A DNA stretch of 63,994 nt, filler included, from Octopus bimaculoides (Eukaryota): NCBI RefSeq assembly GCF_001194135.2. It is 7 parts of 6 records of this genome, joined end to end, with 100 filler letters (N's around TTAATTAATTAA, not from the genome) between each part and the next. Parts side by side here need not be neighbours in the genome. Positions count along the whole stretch, not along the records: positions 1 to 18,163 come from NC_068982.1; 6 more parts are not named here. The stretch is one strand, 5' to 3'. A program made the translations under genes and the position numbers. Under the pieces are notes generated by a model, which was given only the letters and a program-made list of their open reading frames with translations, did no database searches and was not told where the DNA came from. Below are positions 1 to 13,505 of this stretch, one piece after another (the stretch's first letter is position 1; each line of letters starts with the position of its first letter).

Positions 1-922
1 ATATATATATATATATATATATATATATACTTTAGACGATATTTTCAACCGAGACGTTACAACCGTTGTTTCTGATTCTTCAAGTGCTTCAATCCTGCGT
101 ATATACATATATTTACTCGATTGCTGAAATTGTTTTGTTTTGCCACTCTCTGTTATCAATAAAACTGTCGGCAATTTTGACGATACGGGTATGCTATAAT
201 TAGCAATAAAATGCAAGTAGCAATAAAATCACAGAATTGCGTTCAAAAGATATTCTTTCCAGATTTCTTCATTCCACTCAGTTTCTGTTCCCAAGTGCTA
301 CCTTATGACCACTTGTATGCTTTTAGATAGTGTACTCTTGTCGGCGTCTCCCAACTTAGCTATATATGTTGGTCTTCTACTTTTAGTAAAATAATATGTA
401 CGCGTATACGCAAGTGATTTCTTAGCAGAAGTTGACCTACTCGAATGTAAAGACAAGCTTGCTTTTGCTACGAAAAAATGCAATGGTGTAATAAAAACTG
501 TCTTTTCGTGATTTATTATGATACAATATGTTTCGAGAGGGGATTTGTTAAACTAGCAGCGTGAGGAATATCAGACCTAATCTCATTTATACTTTAGGCT
601 CTCTTTCTTCGTTGAAGGATAATACTATTTATGAAGACGCGGAATCTTTCAGTAACAGAGATAGTGAGATTGTTTCAATAAGTGCTGTCAAGTTTATCAC
701 TCATATTAATAAAGTTCACTTTCGAAAGAGAAATTCTAAGCCTCGGGGAAGAGACTAAATCTGCAACTTTATTTTGCTATCTTACTTCCTAAAAGAGTAG
801 AAATTTATGATACTGCCTTCTTTAACACTTGATTGCAGTATGACGCTGGCGAGTTCTTTTACTTACTTAAAACAAAAGTTGAGCTGTTTCATTATTGAAT
901 AAAGATTTTAGTTTACGTGTGT

Positions 923-1090
923 AGACGGCGTGCTAGACAAAATATTTTGTTGCATTTCGTTCTAAGTTCGAATCCTGCTAAGATCGACTTTACCTTTCAT
1001 TTCGACCTTTAGTGCCAGTTGAGTAACGGGGTTGATGTAATCCACATTTCACCTCCCGCAAAATTTTATGCCTTGTGCTTATAATTAAAA
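923..1090 (+). mobile_element. SINE family A, degraded copy
   Basis: Similar to the copies at 1655 and 13238 (gtcgactttgcctttcatc...ggggtcgat...ccttgtgc). Confidence 0.7.
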
Positions 1091-1334
1091 GGGTTATTTC
1101 TTACGTCTAATAGTTATATTTTGCCCTCAATCTGCATAATTATATCTGTAGTGTATATTGTAGTACAAATGTAGTACTGTAAAAAAAAAAAACTCTTAGC
1201 ATACTAAAAACCCTAATGTTTTTCAGAGTCTGTTTCCATTGAAGTATTATATTAAATTTCCGGGTTCAAATTCTACTGTAGTAATTTTAACTGTGAGCGT
1301 CTACAGAGATCATAAGATAAACGCTAATAATCCT

Positions 1335-1534
1335 TTTTGCTAAAGGCACAAGGCTTAAGATTTTGGAGGAGGGGAGTAGTCGATTACATCATTTGACTGT
1401 TACTTAATTTATCGACCCCGAAGGGTGAACGGCAAAGTCACCCTCGGAGAATTTGGACTTAGAACGTAGTGATGGGTGAAATACCGCTAAGCATTTCACC
1501 CGGCGTGCTAGCGATTCTGCCAGCACGCCACCTT
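1335..1534 (-). mobile_element. SINE family A
   Basis: Reverse complement of the 13238-13445 copy over about 200 nt. Confidence 0.85.
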
Positions 1535-1654
1535 AAAAATAAACGCTAATAATATAATGGAGGGAAGACACTAGGGTTGATGTAATCAACTTACCCCCAC
1601 CCTCGAAAGAGATGGCGTTTGTCAAGATTTAAAATTATCATTAACGCAGGTGAA

Positions 1655-1860
1655 TGTAGCGAGCTGGTAGGATCGTTAGCACGGAAGACAAAATGCTTAT
1701 CTTCATTTCGTTCGCCTTTACGTCTTGAGTTCAAATTCGGCCGAGTCCGACTTTGTTTCATCCTCTTCTGGCCCGATAAAATAAAGTACCTTTTGAGCAC
1801 TGGGGGCATTGTAATCGACTTAACCCTTCCCCCGAAATTGCTGGCCTTATTCCAAACTTT
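1655..1860 (+). mobile_element. SINE family A
   Basis: gcgagctggtaggatcgttagc...gagttcaaatt (B-box-like)...gagcactgggg, shared with other copies. Confidence 0.8.
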
Positions 1861-4800
1861 GAAGCTCTATGACATCCGAACGACGGACCATGAAGAAGGT
1901 CTTTCATGAGCTTCTATTTCCATCAACCAATGTTCCCTTTCTATTCACTCTTTGGTGACTAATATATTTGACGCTAAGGGTAAGTGTAAGTATAGAACGG
2001 TGTGTGTACGTGCAGGTGCCTTTATTCTTGCTTATGTTTATACTCTCGTTAGTACAAGAAAGAATATTATTTTGCAAAGTTCTTTAGTTCTAAATATAAT
2101 AGATGGCATGCGTGTATATATATATATATATGTATATANNNNNNNNNNNNNNNNNNNNNNNNNNNNNNNNNNNNNNNNNNNNNNNNNNNNNNNNNNNNNN
2201 NNNNNNNNNNNNNNNNNNNNNNNNNNNNNNNNNNNNNNNNNNNNNNNNNNNNNNNNNNNNNNNNNNNNNNNNNNNNNNNNNNNNNNNNNNNNNNNNNNNN
2301 NNNNNNNNNNNNNNNNNNNNNNNNNNNNNNNNNNNNNNNNNNNNNNNNNNNNNNNNNNNNNNNNNNNNNNNNNNNNNNNNNNNNNNNNNNNNNNNNNNNN
2401 NNNNNNNNNNNNNNNNNNNNNNNNNNNNNNNNNNNNNNNNNNNNNNNNNNNNNNNNNNNNNNNNNNNNNNNNNNNNNNNNNNNNNNNNNNNNNNNNNNNN
2501 NNNNNNNNNNNNNNNNNNNNNNNNNNNNNNNNNNNNNNNNNNNNNNNNNNNNNNNNNNNNNNNNNNNNNNNNNNNNNNNNNNNNNNNNNNNNNNNNNNNN
2601 NNNNNNNNNNNNNNNNNNNNNNNNNNNNNNNNNNNNNNNNNNNNNNNNNNNNNNNNNNNNNNNNNNNNNNNNNNNNNNNNNNNNNNNNNNNNNNNNNNNN
2701 NNNNNNNNNNNNNNNNNNNNNNNNNNNNNNNNNNNNNNNNNNNNNNNNNNATATATATACATATATACATACATACATCCATACATACATACATGCATAC
2801 AATTATAGTGAGAGAAAAATGGAAGATGGATTAAGGAATGTTTTAACCTTTTAAGAAGCCAAGGATTCAGTTGCAGGGATTCAGCGGAAGAAACCAGAAA
2901 TATGCAACATAAACTGTATTATTTACGTTCCTGAAAATAATGCTAAACTTAATTCCGTGTGACATTTTAGTAGTCCTTTTATAGATTGTTCTCGAATATT
3001 ATAAAGATACAGTTTATGATACTGGCTTGCTAAACTATTCTTTGTCACTGAAGGTAACATTATTTTACTGACGTATATCTTTTAACCTTACAATACCAAT
3101 TTTTACCTCGCCTGTATCAGCCCCAATCATCAGCATCATGGTTATCGCTCTCTATATTTACATTCATTACCATATTATTAACTGTTATTGTTCCTTACCT
3201 GCGGTAACTGTCATATACTCATTAATATTGAGAGATTCATCTAGTGCTTTCTATTTAACAGCCCAACTCCAGGCCATTAACGGCTTTTGTCAACAATTTC
3301 TTTCTCTCTTCGCGGACCAAATCAAATTATGACGTACTCTTTTAATTTACTCTTGAGTCATCTTCGGCATCAGAAACAACGGCAGCATTAAAATCAGAGT
3401 TGTAATCTAAAATTATGTTTACCATGTTTCGAATACTTTTTCTAGTTCTTGACTTGCATTCAGTATCATTGAATCTTGTATTCATAATATTAATCACTTC
3501 GGGAGATTTTGTGAGTGTGTTATATAATGTGAACAACGTATGCAGAAATTCATTGTTATAACAAAGAATAAGGTGACCCAAAGGGTAACTCAAAGATACA
3601 CAATTCGGAGTAAAATACAACATGCATTACCTCTAGTAGGCTGTTCATCAGCTTACACTGAATAATAGTTAAGGACAGTCATATACTTCCGTTACCCCTT
3701 TCTGCTGCAATACAATGTGATTAATTGGTAGTGTTGTTAGTGCATCAGATAAAATTACTTGTTGCATCTGTTCCGGCTCTTTGCAATCTGTGTTCACATC
3801 TCCGTGAAATCCATGTTGTCATGTATACTTAAGAAATCAATAAAAATGTTCCTTTCCTGAGCAGGGAAATCGGTATGCCTTGCAGTAGCTATTCCATCTC
3901 ATTGTGTTCAAATATCGTCGCGCCTTAACTGGATGTTAAAGTTAATGCGTCGCACAGTTTAACAATACCTGTTGCGAGCAATTGAGTCATGTCTCCGATT
4001 TGATGAAACCTTCGTCCTTTCTACGAGTCTTGACGATATTGTAAAAAGTCGTTACATCTGACACGTACATTTATACTTAAATATGAAATGGAAAAAAAAA
4101 GACTTAAATACACATACGCACATATATCAATGGACTCGGATATGAATAACTGCTACAAAAGATTGTTTTTATGTTCAAAGATCTCGAAGTCAATTCCATA
4201 CACAGGGTATTATGAGTAAGTATTTTTACAATTGTTTATGATGAAGCTAAGCATTTTAAGTGAATCTGAGTGAACGGGAATTATTATAAATCCGTCGAAT
4301 AAATTTTAAATACAATTTAAGATCTAGTCTTGTCACATATTGTGTAACGTTGACTCGACATGAGAATTGCCTAAAAGCATAGGCATAAGTGAGTTACTTG
4401 TAAATTTGTTGAATATGCATTTCAGGTGATCGAATAGTTGAATGCGTACCTCAAAACCAACAAAGGAACTGTTATACAGCTTAAATGAAACAGTGTTTAA
4501 TACAGACTAAATATTTTTGGGTATTTGAAAAGCCAAAGTTATGTGAATTATAAAGGTGAAGCTAAACAAATAAGATAAATCATTGATTTGCACTTACATC
4601 TTATTCTTCAAATTTTCATGAGTAAGCGCCTCTCCCCAGGAAAAGTAAATCGAAGACTTGGTTTTTCGAGTTAGCTTTTCTGCTCATAAAATGTGAATAT
4701 GGGATGTGGTTTGGCATGTGCAGTATATCATAGCTATAGTAGCCAATCACTTGCATGCAACTCGGTCCTGTTGTTAATACATGGCTTGATCTTGCTGCTG

Positions 4801-5139
4801 CTGATGGTTTCTATTATTCTCAGATTCTTCAATGTTTCGTTCCGCGGCTTCTATAGAGAACTGGATGCCTTGGGTGTAATATTTCCTCAGATGTTTTCTT
4901 GACGGAAGAAGCATCATTCCTATTTAATTTTTAAAACATCTACAGAACAACCACCTCTCTAAGACGAAAACCCGTTGGATAAAATCCGTCAATTGCAGTG
5001 CAAAGAGAACAAGAGCCTCTTGGTTAAAATGAAAAAACAAACAAACAAACAAATATGTTTCAGAGGCAAAAACAACGAAAGTATTCAATAATGAAAACAT
5101 TTGTAATGATTCTTCATCTTCTCTATTGAAAATAATGTG

Positions 5140-5345
5140 ATTTACAGTTCTATATTTGAGAGATGAGGAATTATGTACATTATTTACATTTTTTTACATT
5201 TGGTGTATATTTGTCCTCATCTTGTTTGTTGTCAGCACAACGTTTTGGCTGATATATTCTCCAGCCTTCTTCAAGTGTCCTGGGGAAATTTCGAACCTGG
5301 GTTCTCATTCCTAAGGTATTTTTCGATGTTGTTGTTGTTGTTGAT
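5140..5345 (-). mobile_element. Penelope-like element (family 1) 3' terminus
   Basis: Colinear with 20320-20470 and the reverse complement of 6225-6385; degenerate hammerhead core. Confidence 0.75.
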
Positions 5346-5358
5346 GTTGTTATTGTTA

Positions 5359-5461
<103 letters not shown>

Positions 5462-5883
5462 NNNNNNNNNNNNNNNNNNNNNNNNNNNNNNNNNNNNNNN
5501 NNNNNNNNNNNNNNNNNNNNNNNNNNNNNNNNNNNNNNNNNNNNNNNNNNNNNNNNNNNNNNNNNNNNNNNNNNNNNNNNNNNNNNNNNNNNNNNNNNNN
5601 NNNNNNNNNNNNNNNNNNNNNNNNNNNNNNNNNNNNNNNNNNNNNNNNNNNNNNNNNNNNNNNNNNNNNNNNNNNNNNNNNNNNNNNNNNNNNNNNNNNN
5701 NNNNNNNNNNNNNNNNNNNNNNNNNNNNNNNNNNNNNNNNNNNNNNNNNNNNNNNNNNNNNNNNNNNNNNNNNNNNNNNNNNNNNNNNNNNNNNNNNNNN
5801 NNNNNNNNNNNNNNNNNNNNNNNNNNNNNNNNNNNNNNNNNNNNNNNNNNNNNNNNNNNNNNNNNNNNNNNNNNNNNNNNNNN

Positions 5884-6182
5884 AGACCTGGAAATAGAGG
5901 TAACTCTAATGTGGAATCTAAAAACAGAAACAATTCCTATCATAGTAGGTGCCTTAGGTATAATAAAAAAAATATTCAGACAAATACATAACACAAACAC
6001 CAGGACTTACAAATATATATAACATACAGAAAATTGCACTACTGGGCACTGCACTCATCCTACGCAAAACACTTTCAATACAGTAACCATAAGAGCACCA
6101 CAGCAAACCACAGCACATACCTAAGGCGCACAGAGCTGCGCTCGGTAGTGAAGTGAAAGCACGTTATAAAAATAAAACTACT
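5884..6182 (+). mobile_element. R4/Dong-like non-LTR retrotransposon 3' end (RLE endonuclease C-terminus + 3' UTR)
   Basis: DLEIEVTLMWNLKTETIPIIVGALGIIKK..., then after a frameshift IQKIALLGTALILRKTLSIQ*; ends in a TAA tract. Confidence 0.8.
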
Positions 6183-6385
6183 GAACAATAATAATGATAA
6201 TAATAATAATAATAATAACAACAACAACAACACCGAAAAATACCTTAAGAATGAGAACCCAGTTTCGAAATTTCCCCCAGGACACCTGAAGAATGCTGGA
6301 GAGTATATCAGCCGAAATGTTGTGTTAATAACAAACAAAATGAGAACAAATATCCGTCAAATGTAAATAACGCAAATAATGTAAT
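6183..6385 (+). mobile_element. Penelope-like element (family 1) 3' terminus
   Basis: TAA/CAA tract, then cgaaaaataccttaagaatgagaaccc...gacacCTGAAGA...cagccGAAA...acaaatatccgtcaaatg. Confidence 0.75.
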
Positions 6386-6529
6386 GTGATTTTAGCATTA
6401 TAGTTCACTTTATCATAATGTTTTTAGTCCCCATGAAGGTTAAGTGGGCGTGTTGTAGTTTAAAACGAAAACATTATACTTTTTGAGTGACTTAAAAATT
6501 CAAACTGTTACTAGAAGATCTAAAATAAT

Positions 6530-7760
6530 AAATGATCCTTGCGGAAGGCTACATACATTTCAACGTGTACGTAAAAACGTTGGAAATGTTCAAAAAGAAG
6601 TATTGAAAGTGATTTGGAAATAAACCCCCTGCTGTCTGTGACGAAACATCACTACTATCCTGATCCTAGCAAAACTTGAAATAACCACGGTAAAAAAGGC
6701 TACGAATATATAACTATTGCTGTGTTGATAAAAGAAAAAACATACTTGTACCACTTTACCGTTTGAAGCGTAATTCTTGACATCCACAAGAAAGCTTTCC
6801 AAAAAGGCCCAAGAACACCTAAAGAACCGAAATATTTCAGGGTTTCCTCATTTATGATATGTACTTTAATTTTACAGTGAGAATTACAATGTTAGCGATC
6901 AACTAGTATATGAACATTTAGCCCATATTACAACACTTCTTGAAATTATGTCGTTCAATATCCTCTTCAGCTCCCTAATGTAAAATATGTTACAGTCATT
7001 AAATCAATCTGTTAACGACTTCGAATAATCTTGAATAAATCTTGTGCCCGGTATATAAGTAGATCCTACGACTGTAATGAACGATTTCGAGCATTTATTA
7101 GCGATATCATTTTTCTTTTCTGAGTCCACATGTTAGAAATTTCCACCATCTAACACAATTTGAATAATGAAAGATGCAATGTTTTAGACTGAATAATAAA
7201 TACAGACATAGTGATCGAGTGAAATATTTTTGTAGGCAGTTGGATGGACTGATTCTTATATGATAGATTATGCGACTGGGAATATCCTAATGCTGCAGGA
7301 CTTAAAGTCTAAGTGGGTTAAATCTGTATCTGCGGCATTGGCCATCGTTTCCAACTACAAGCTTTATTTAATGAAATACGTCCACCAGTATACTGGAAAA
7401 AGATCCCTACACCAGTTCAAGCTCATTTATAGAATTCTTGCCATGCAGCCATTAACGTGGATGCTCTTTCCGAACACTTGTCTGAGAGTTAGAATTTCGT
7501 TTTCCTAGAGTTTGTAAAATGTCTCCATCCAACCACATGAGAGCTATTGAAATTATTAGAAATGATTAACCTCGACTATTAACATCCTCGATTAAATGTT
7601 CTGGGGGTGTTCTTCCAAGAAGATATGATAAGCATACCACAAAGGAGTATCAACGATGTTAGAAAGGCCAATTTATTGGCTACCCGAAATTGTGCAAAAC
7701 ATTGGAAGAATTCTTGAATGAAGCAGGAAACACTATAAAATAAGAGCAAATAGAACTCTC
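6530..7760 (+). mobile_element. Decayed Mutator-like (MULE) transposase
   Basis: Across frames with many stops: VDPTTVMNDFEH, FHHLTQ..KMQ...KYFCRQLDGL and HPTT.ELLKLL, the order seen in MULE DDE domains. Confidence 0.55.
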
Positions 7761-8474
7761 ACCCAATCTTATACTCAATGAGGTTTACAATAAAATTTCT
7801 TTTTTATCTTTCGGTATGGTGTTGCTTTTATTATGGGGGTGAAAATAAATTCGACCGCCTATAAAATATTCTGCTAAAAATTTATAATGCAAATGTTAAT
7901 ATATCTTACTTTAGAATACTTATAATGCCTTCCTTATTGCAGTTTCGTTATATAATGCCCAAATCCATTCCTGATTAGATTACTTAGGTAACTGAACAGG
8001 ATTTCATTAACTGGGTAATCATTTCTGCAGAACATTCGGAGCAGTTGAAAGATTTCATTTCATACTGCTCTTACATTAACTACTAAAACTAAATAATTAA
8101 TACATTAATTATTTACTTGTTCATGCATTTTATTCTCGAAAATTAAAAATTTTTATGTTCTTCTTTACACTTCAGGGGGTTTTCTTCAAACTTGTCAGTT
8201 ATGCAAGCCCACGCACATACACACCTACACGTACGCACATATTCACACACACACTTACACACTCACTGAAACACATATACACATACATATACATATAAAT
8301 ATACAAACATATATATGTATGTATATATATATATATATATATCGGGATAGGTTTCAAAGAAAAAAGGACTACACGTGGCATAAGGAGGGGAAAAGTAAGA
8401 AGAAAACAGAGAAAATGCACATTAGATATAAAACACAAAAGCTTTTTAAAGAAAAGCAAAGATATATACACATA

Positions 8475-9498
8475 CAATTAGATTATTTGAAGTGAAATTT
8501 GAAGTATATAAATCTTTATTATGAATCATTAGAGATTCAAAGTCATACCGGTATCGTCAGAGCTGATCACTGACTTTGAATGAACACCGATTTCCAAACG
8601 GTGTTGGGTCTTATAGTACCTGAGTGAAAAGATTACATGCAAGGGAAGTAAGCAGTGCTGGAAGTGATGCAATTAAGTTGCATATAAATACTGGAAAATG
8701 AACGGTGTATGGGATGTATGGAGATTTAGTGGGAATTATTGGTATTGGTAAAGTTAGTAGTGTCCTGTAGTAAGTTGTGTATTCATATTGAGTCGTGGAT
8801 GATATTTATTAATGAAAGTTGCCTCTTTATTTAATTGTTGCTGCACTGAAGTGTTCTGTGAACATTGATAAAAAGGGAAAATTAGGAAGTTTGGTTTAAG
8901 GTTCCTAGCGCATCTTTCTATGTGCTCACTGACCTGAATCTCTCTATATTGTGGGTAGCGGATTTATTCTTTGTGAAGAGCTGTTCTTCGTCGGGGTCAC
9001 TTTCCTGTTTGGCCTATATAGTGATTTCCGCACCCTAAGCAGGTAATAGCATAGATTAAATTTCCAGAGGCACAGGTGAAATTTGATTTTATCTTAAATA
9101 TTTCACCTTGTTTGAAGTGAAACTCTGTACTCTACAACAATTAAATAAAGAGGTAACTTTCATTAATAAACATCATTCACAACTCAGCATGAATACACAA
9201 TTTAATACAGGAAACTACTAACTTTACCAATACCAATAATTCCCACTGATCTCCATACATCCCATACACCATTCATATTCCAGTATTTATGCCCACCTTA
9301 ATTGCATCACAGAAATGTTTACCTCCTTTGTATGTAATCTTTTCATTCAGGTACTATTAGACCCAACACCGTTTGGAAATCGGTGTTCATTCAAAGTCAG
9401 TGATCAGCTCTGACGATATCGGTATGACTTTGAATCTTTATAATGATTCATAATAAAGATTTATATACGTCATAATTTCACCTCAAACAATCTAATTG
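8475..9498. mobile_element. Non-coding foldback/TIR element, about 365-bp inverted arms, TA on both flanks
   Basis: 8475-8840 is the reverse complement of 9135-9498 with scattered mismatches; TA|CAATTAG ... CTAATTG|TA. Confidence 0.8.
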
Positions 9499-10673
9499 TA
9501 TATATATATATATACCGAGAGAGAGAGAGAGAGAGAGAGNNNNNNNNNNNNNNNNNNNNNNNNNNNNNNNNNNNNNNNNNNNNNNNNNNNNNNNNNNNNN
9601 NNNNNNNNNNNNNNNNNNNNNNNNNNNNNNNNNNNNNNNNNNNNNNNNNNNNNNNNNNNNNNNNNNNNNNNNNNNNNNNNNNNNNNNNNNNNNNNNNNNN
9701 NNNNNNNNNNNNNNNNNNNNNNNNNNNNNNNNNNNNNNNNNNNNNNNNNNNNNNNNNNNNNNNNNNNNNNNNNNNNNNNNNNNNNNNNNNNNNNNNNNNN
9801 NNNNNNNNNNNNNNNNNNNNNNNNNNNNNNNNNNNNNNNNNNNNNNNNNNNNNNNNNNNNNNNNNNNNNNNNNNNNNNNNNNNNNNNNNNNNNNNNNNNN
9901 NNNNNNNNNNNNNNNNNNNNGTGTGTGTGTGTATGAAAAGAGAGGGATAAAAGGTGAAAATATACCAATTTAGCTGGCATTAGCAAAATCATATTTAATA
10001 CTCATGAATAAACCTACTCACTTGATGAAGTGCAGATGTCCAATTGTAGGCCAGAATTTAAAACATATTCTGTGTATAAAGCTTCTTTTTCTTTACTTTT
10101 TTTTTTTTTTTTTTGAAAATATTCCTCTAGTACCAATATAATGTGAATATCATTATATTCTTACGGATGAACAAGGAGACGGAAAAAATTCGAATTAGGA
10201 ATGAACTTGTAAAAAAAGAAATATATGAATATAAATCTATGAAATCATTGAAGCAATTTGGTTACTATCCGACTGGATTATAAGATTTTGAAATATATAC
10301 ATATGTACTAACGTACACAACACTCATGCACACACAGGCACGCACACACACACATACACAAACACGCAAACATGCACACAGACACAAACACGCAAACATG
10401 CACACACACACATACTACATACTTTCGTGTACGTATGTGAATTGTATTTGCTTACTGTTATCTGTTTTTGTAAGCAAGCACCAAGGGATGTATAAGCTAA
10501 TGAATATCTTTACGTAATTCCTGTTCTCTTGTCACTTATGAATGGATACACATACACGCATCCTGACATATAGATGTATGTGCGCGCGCATGTGAGTGTG
10601 AGTACGTCTATATTTGATGCGTATATAACGTATATGAATATTATATATATTTAAAAATAAAAAAATAAAAGCA

Positions 10674-10917
10674 TCCTTTTAAAGCGTAGCCAGGCTCATG
10701 GGCCCGGTTTCCCGATTTCTATGGTGTATGTGTTCCTCAGCTGAACGGGATGCCAGTCCATCGCAGCATTACTCATTTTTGCCAGCTGAGTGGACTGGAG
10801 CAACGTGAAATGAAGTATTTTGCTCAAGAACACAACGCATCGCCCGGTCCAGGAATCGAAACCACAATCTTACGATCATGGTGTTGACACCCTAACCACT
10901 AAGCCACGCGCCTCCAC
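10674..10917 (-). mobile_element. SINE family C (tRNA head, Meta/V-domain-like body); a truncated head also at about 61337-61410 (+)
   Basis: Minus strand gtggaggcgcgtggcttagtggttaggg...ggtttcgattcctgg (A/B boxes), then gttgtgttcttgagcaaaatacttc...ctccagtccactcagctg and gcgatggactggcatcccg. The superfamily label is from memory. Confidence 0.8.
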
Positions 10918-11384
10918 ATTATATATATTTACCTATATATATGTGTGAGCGTATATATATATATGTAATTCAATCAGAGGTTATGTTGAACTCATAAAGG
11001 ATGGTGACATCAAATAAATATTTTTTCAATAATTAATATTGTTGGGGGAGATTAATTTCCATAAAATGTTAGGATTATATAATATAAACCATGGTTTAGA
11101 ACCTTCACGACAGACATGAGTCTGCCGTGATGATTCTACAAACTAACTCACAAAACATCTAAGGGTATATTTTTTTCTTTCGTCCCTCTTAACAGATTAT
11201 GGTCAGAAATATGATTTTAGTATTTAACTTCGCTGAGGTTAAATGAAACAGCTGTAAGGGACGATTAATGGTCGATTTTTGCTGATAGTAAACTCTTACT
11301 AACTTCAATAACACCATTTTCTTATTCTTCATTTGTATATGTGTGTGTTTGTGTATGTTTGTATGTATGTATATATGTATATAT

Positions 11385-11750
11385 ACATACTGTTGCCATA
11401 AATGTGGCCTTCCTGCAGTAACCCTCTCCAGCCACGGATTGATCATCGTCTTCAGCAGCTTCACATAGCCGTCTGAATTGAACCTAAGGTCCTGTTCAAA
11501 GATGTGGAGAAGAACACTGGCCGGCGTACACAGTCATAACTCCTGCTGTGTCCATGCTTGCAGGTTACGGCTTCGTATTCTCCGTGACACGTTTGATATC
11601 GTTTACAGTGTTCACAGAGCATTCAGTTACAGTCAAGATATTGTCATTTTAATAGCCGGCGCGAATCATCATCATACAGATACATCTCCTCCAATATTCT
11701 GATATCTTCCTCCATTTCAAGAAACTTCTTCTCAACTATAACTTTGATAT
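11385..11750 (-). mobile_element. Tc1/mariner (maT-like) transposase fragment
   Basis: HIFEQDLRFNSDGYVKLLKTMINPWLERVTAGRPHLWQQ, which precedes the second catalytic Asp in this group. Confidence 0.65.
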
Positions 11751-11857
11751 TTATGCTCTACAACGCAGTTAAATGATTACACATACATCAAGATATTCGT
11801 GATAAAACGAGGCATAAAGAATTATCAAATGTATTATATATATATATATATATATTT

Positions 11858-12200
11858 ACTTTACTTGTTTCAGTCATTTGCCTGCGGCCATGCTGCAGCA
11901 CTACCTTTAGTCGAATAAATCGACCCCAGGACTTTTTCTTGGTAAGCCTAGGACTTATTTTATCGGTCTCTTTCTCCGAACTGCTAGATTACGGGCCGTA
12001 AACACAGATGCACAAATACATACGTATATATATATATATATGTATTCTTTCAGTTTCCGTCTACCAAATCCACTCACAAGGCTTTGGTCGGCCCGAGGCT
12101 ATAGTAGAAGACACTTGTCCAATGTGCCACGCAGTTGGACTGGACCCGAAACCATGTGGTTGGTAAGCAAGCTTCTTACTACACACCCACTCCTGCACCT
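11858..12200 (-). mobile_element. SINE family B
   Basis: Reverse complement of the 30301 copy, with an internal deletion. Confidence 0.9.
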
Positions 12201-12494
12201 ATATGTTTCCACATACATATTATATGCATATACGAATAAATAATGATGTCATGTCAATTATATTACGGATATAATCATGAAACGGTGGCAAACTAATGGA
12301 ATAAACATCTATTCCCTCACTTCATTTCTCTTATTTCATCAACTTATATCCATTCTATCTACCTTTGTAATTCTTGAGTTTTGAAATATTAGGGTTACAT
12401 TGTAGCATTAACTACGATCCATCTTGACAACTATACACTTGGCGCAGGGCTTAATGTGGGCACGTACGTACAACACACACACATACATATATGT

Positions 12495-12650
12495 GCATCA
12501 GTGTTTGGCTGCATGGTCATGGATTCAGTCACACTGCATTACAACTGGGGCAAGTGTATTTTTCTATAGCCTCGGGCCAACCAAAGCATTGTGTTTGGAT
12601 CTTGTAGACGGAAACTGTAAGTAACCCGTCGTATATATATATATATATAT
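12495..12650 (+). mobile_element. SINE family B 5' half, runs into a gap
   Basis: ggcaagtgt...ctatagcctcgggccaaccaaagc...tagacggaaactg. Confidence 0.8.
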
Positions 12651-13237
12651 NNNNNNNNNNNNNNNNNNNNNNNNNNNNNNNNNNNNNNNNNNNNNNNNNN
12701 NNNNNNNNNNNNNNNNNNNNNNNNNNNNNNNNNNNNNNNNNNNNNNNNNNNNNNNNNNNNNNNNNNNNNNNNNNNNNNNNNNNNNNNNNNNNNNNNNNNN
12801 NNNNNNNNNNNNNNNNNNNNNNNNNNNNNNNNNNNNNNNNNNNNNNNNNNNNNNNNNNNNNNNNNNNNNNNNNNNNNNNNNNNNNNNNNNNNNNNNNNNN
12901 NNNNNNNNNNNNNNNNNNNNNNNNNNNNNNNNNNNNNNNNNNNNNNNNNNNNNNNNNNNNNNNNNNNNNNNNNNNNNNNNNNNNNNNNNNNNNNNNNNNN
13001 NNNNNNNNNNNNNNNNNNNNNNNNNNNNTAAAATGACTGAAATAAGTGAAAGAATAAAAGAATATATATAGAGATAGATATGTATGTATATGTATAATGC
13101 TCACATACGCACAAACACGTACACTCGCACACATACACATGCACACATACACAAACAACTGTTTCAGTAAACGAACTATCATTTATTTCATATTTCATAC
13201 ATGTTGTGAAATACATGTCATAATATATGGAGATATG

Positions 13238-13445
13238 AAGGCGGCGAGCTGGCAGAAACGTTAGCATGCCGGGTGAAATGCTTAGCGGTATTTCATATGT
13301 CTTTATGTTCTGACTTCAACTTCGCCGAGGTCGACTTTGCCTTTCATCCTTTCGGGGTCGATAAATTAAGTACCATTTGCGCACTGGGGTCGATCTAATC
13401 GATTGGCTCCTCCTCCAAAATTTTGAGCCTTGTGCCTAGAGTAGA
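13238..13445 (+). mobile_element. SINE family A, near full length
   Basis: aaggcggcgagctggcagaa...gtcgactttgcctttcatcctttcggggtcgataaattaagtacc...ccttgtgcctagagtaga; at least 7 related copies in the window. Confidence 0.9.
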
Positions 13446-13505
13446 ATTGAATATATGAAGATATGTAATAATGATAATAATCCTATAGTCCTTTCTTTTC
13501 CTCAG

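Noticed and set aside
561-758. ORF or terminal exon GSLSSLKDNTIYEDAESF...
   Set aside because: Modest acceptor, no recognisable homology and no partner exons.
4180-4490. Possible spliced MSDRIVECVPQ resembling the FTCD N-terminus
   Set aside because: Similarity ends after VECVP (no NFSEG) and a stop follows within ten codons.
8545-8600. Hammerhead ribozyme in the foldback arms (CTGACGA)
   Set aside because: No GAAA follows the candidate stem II in either orientation.
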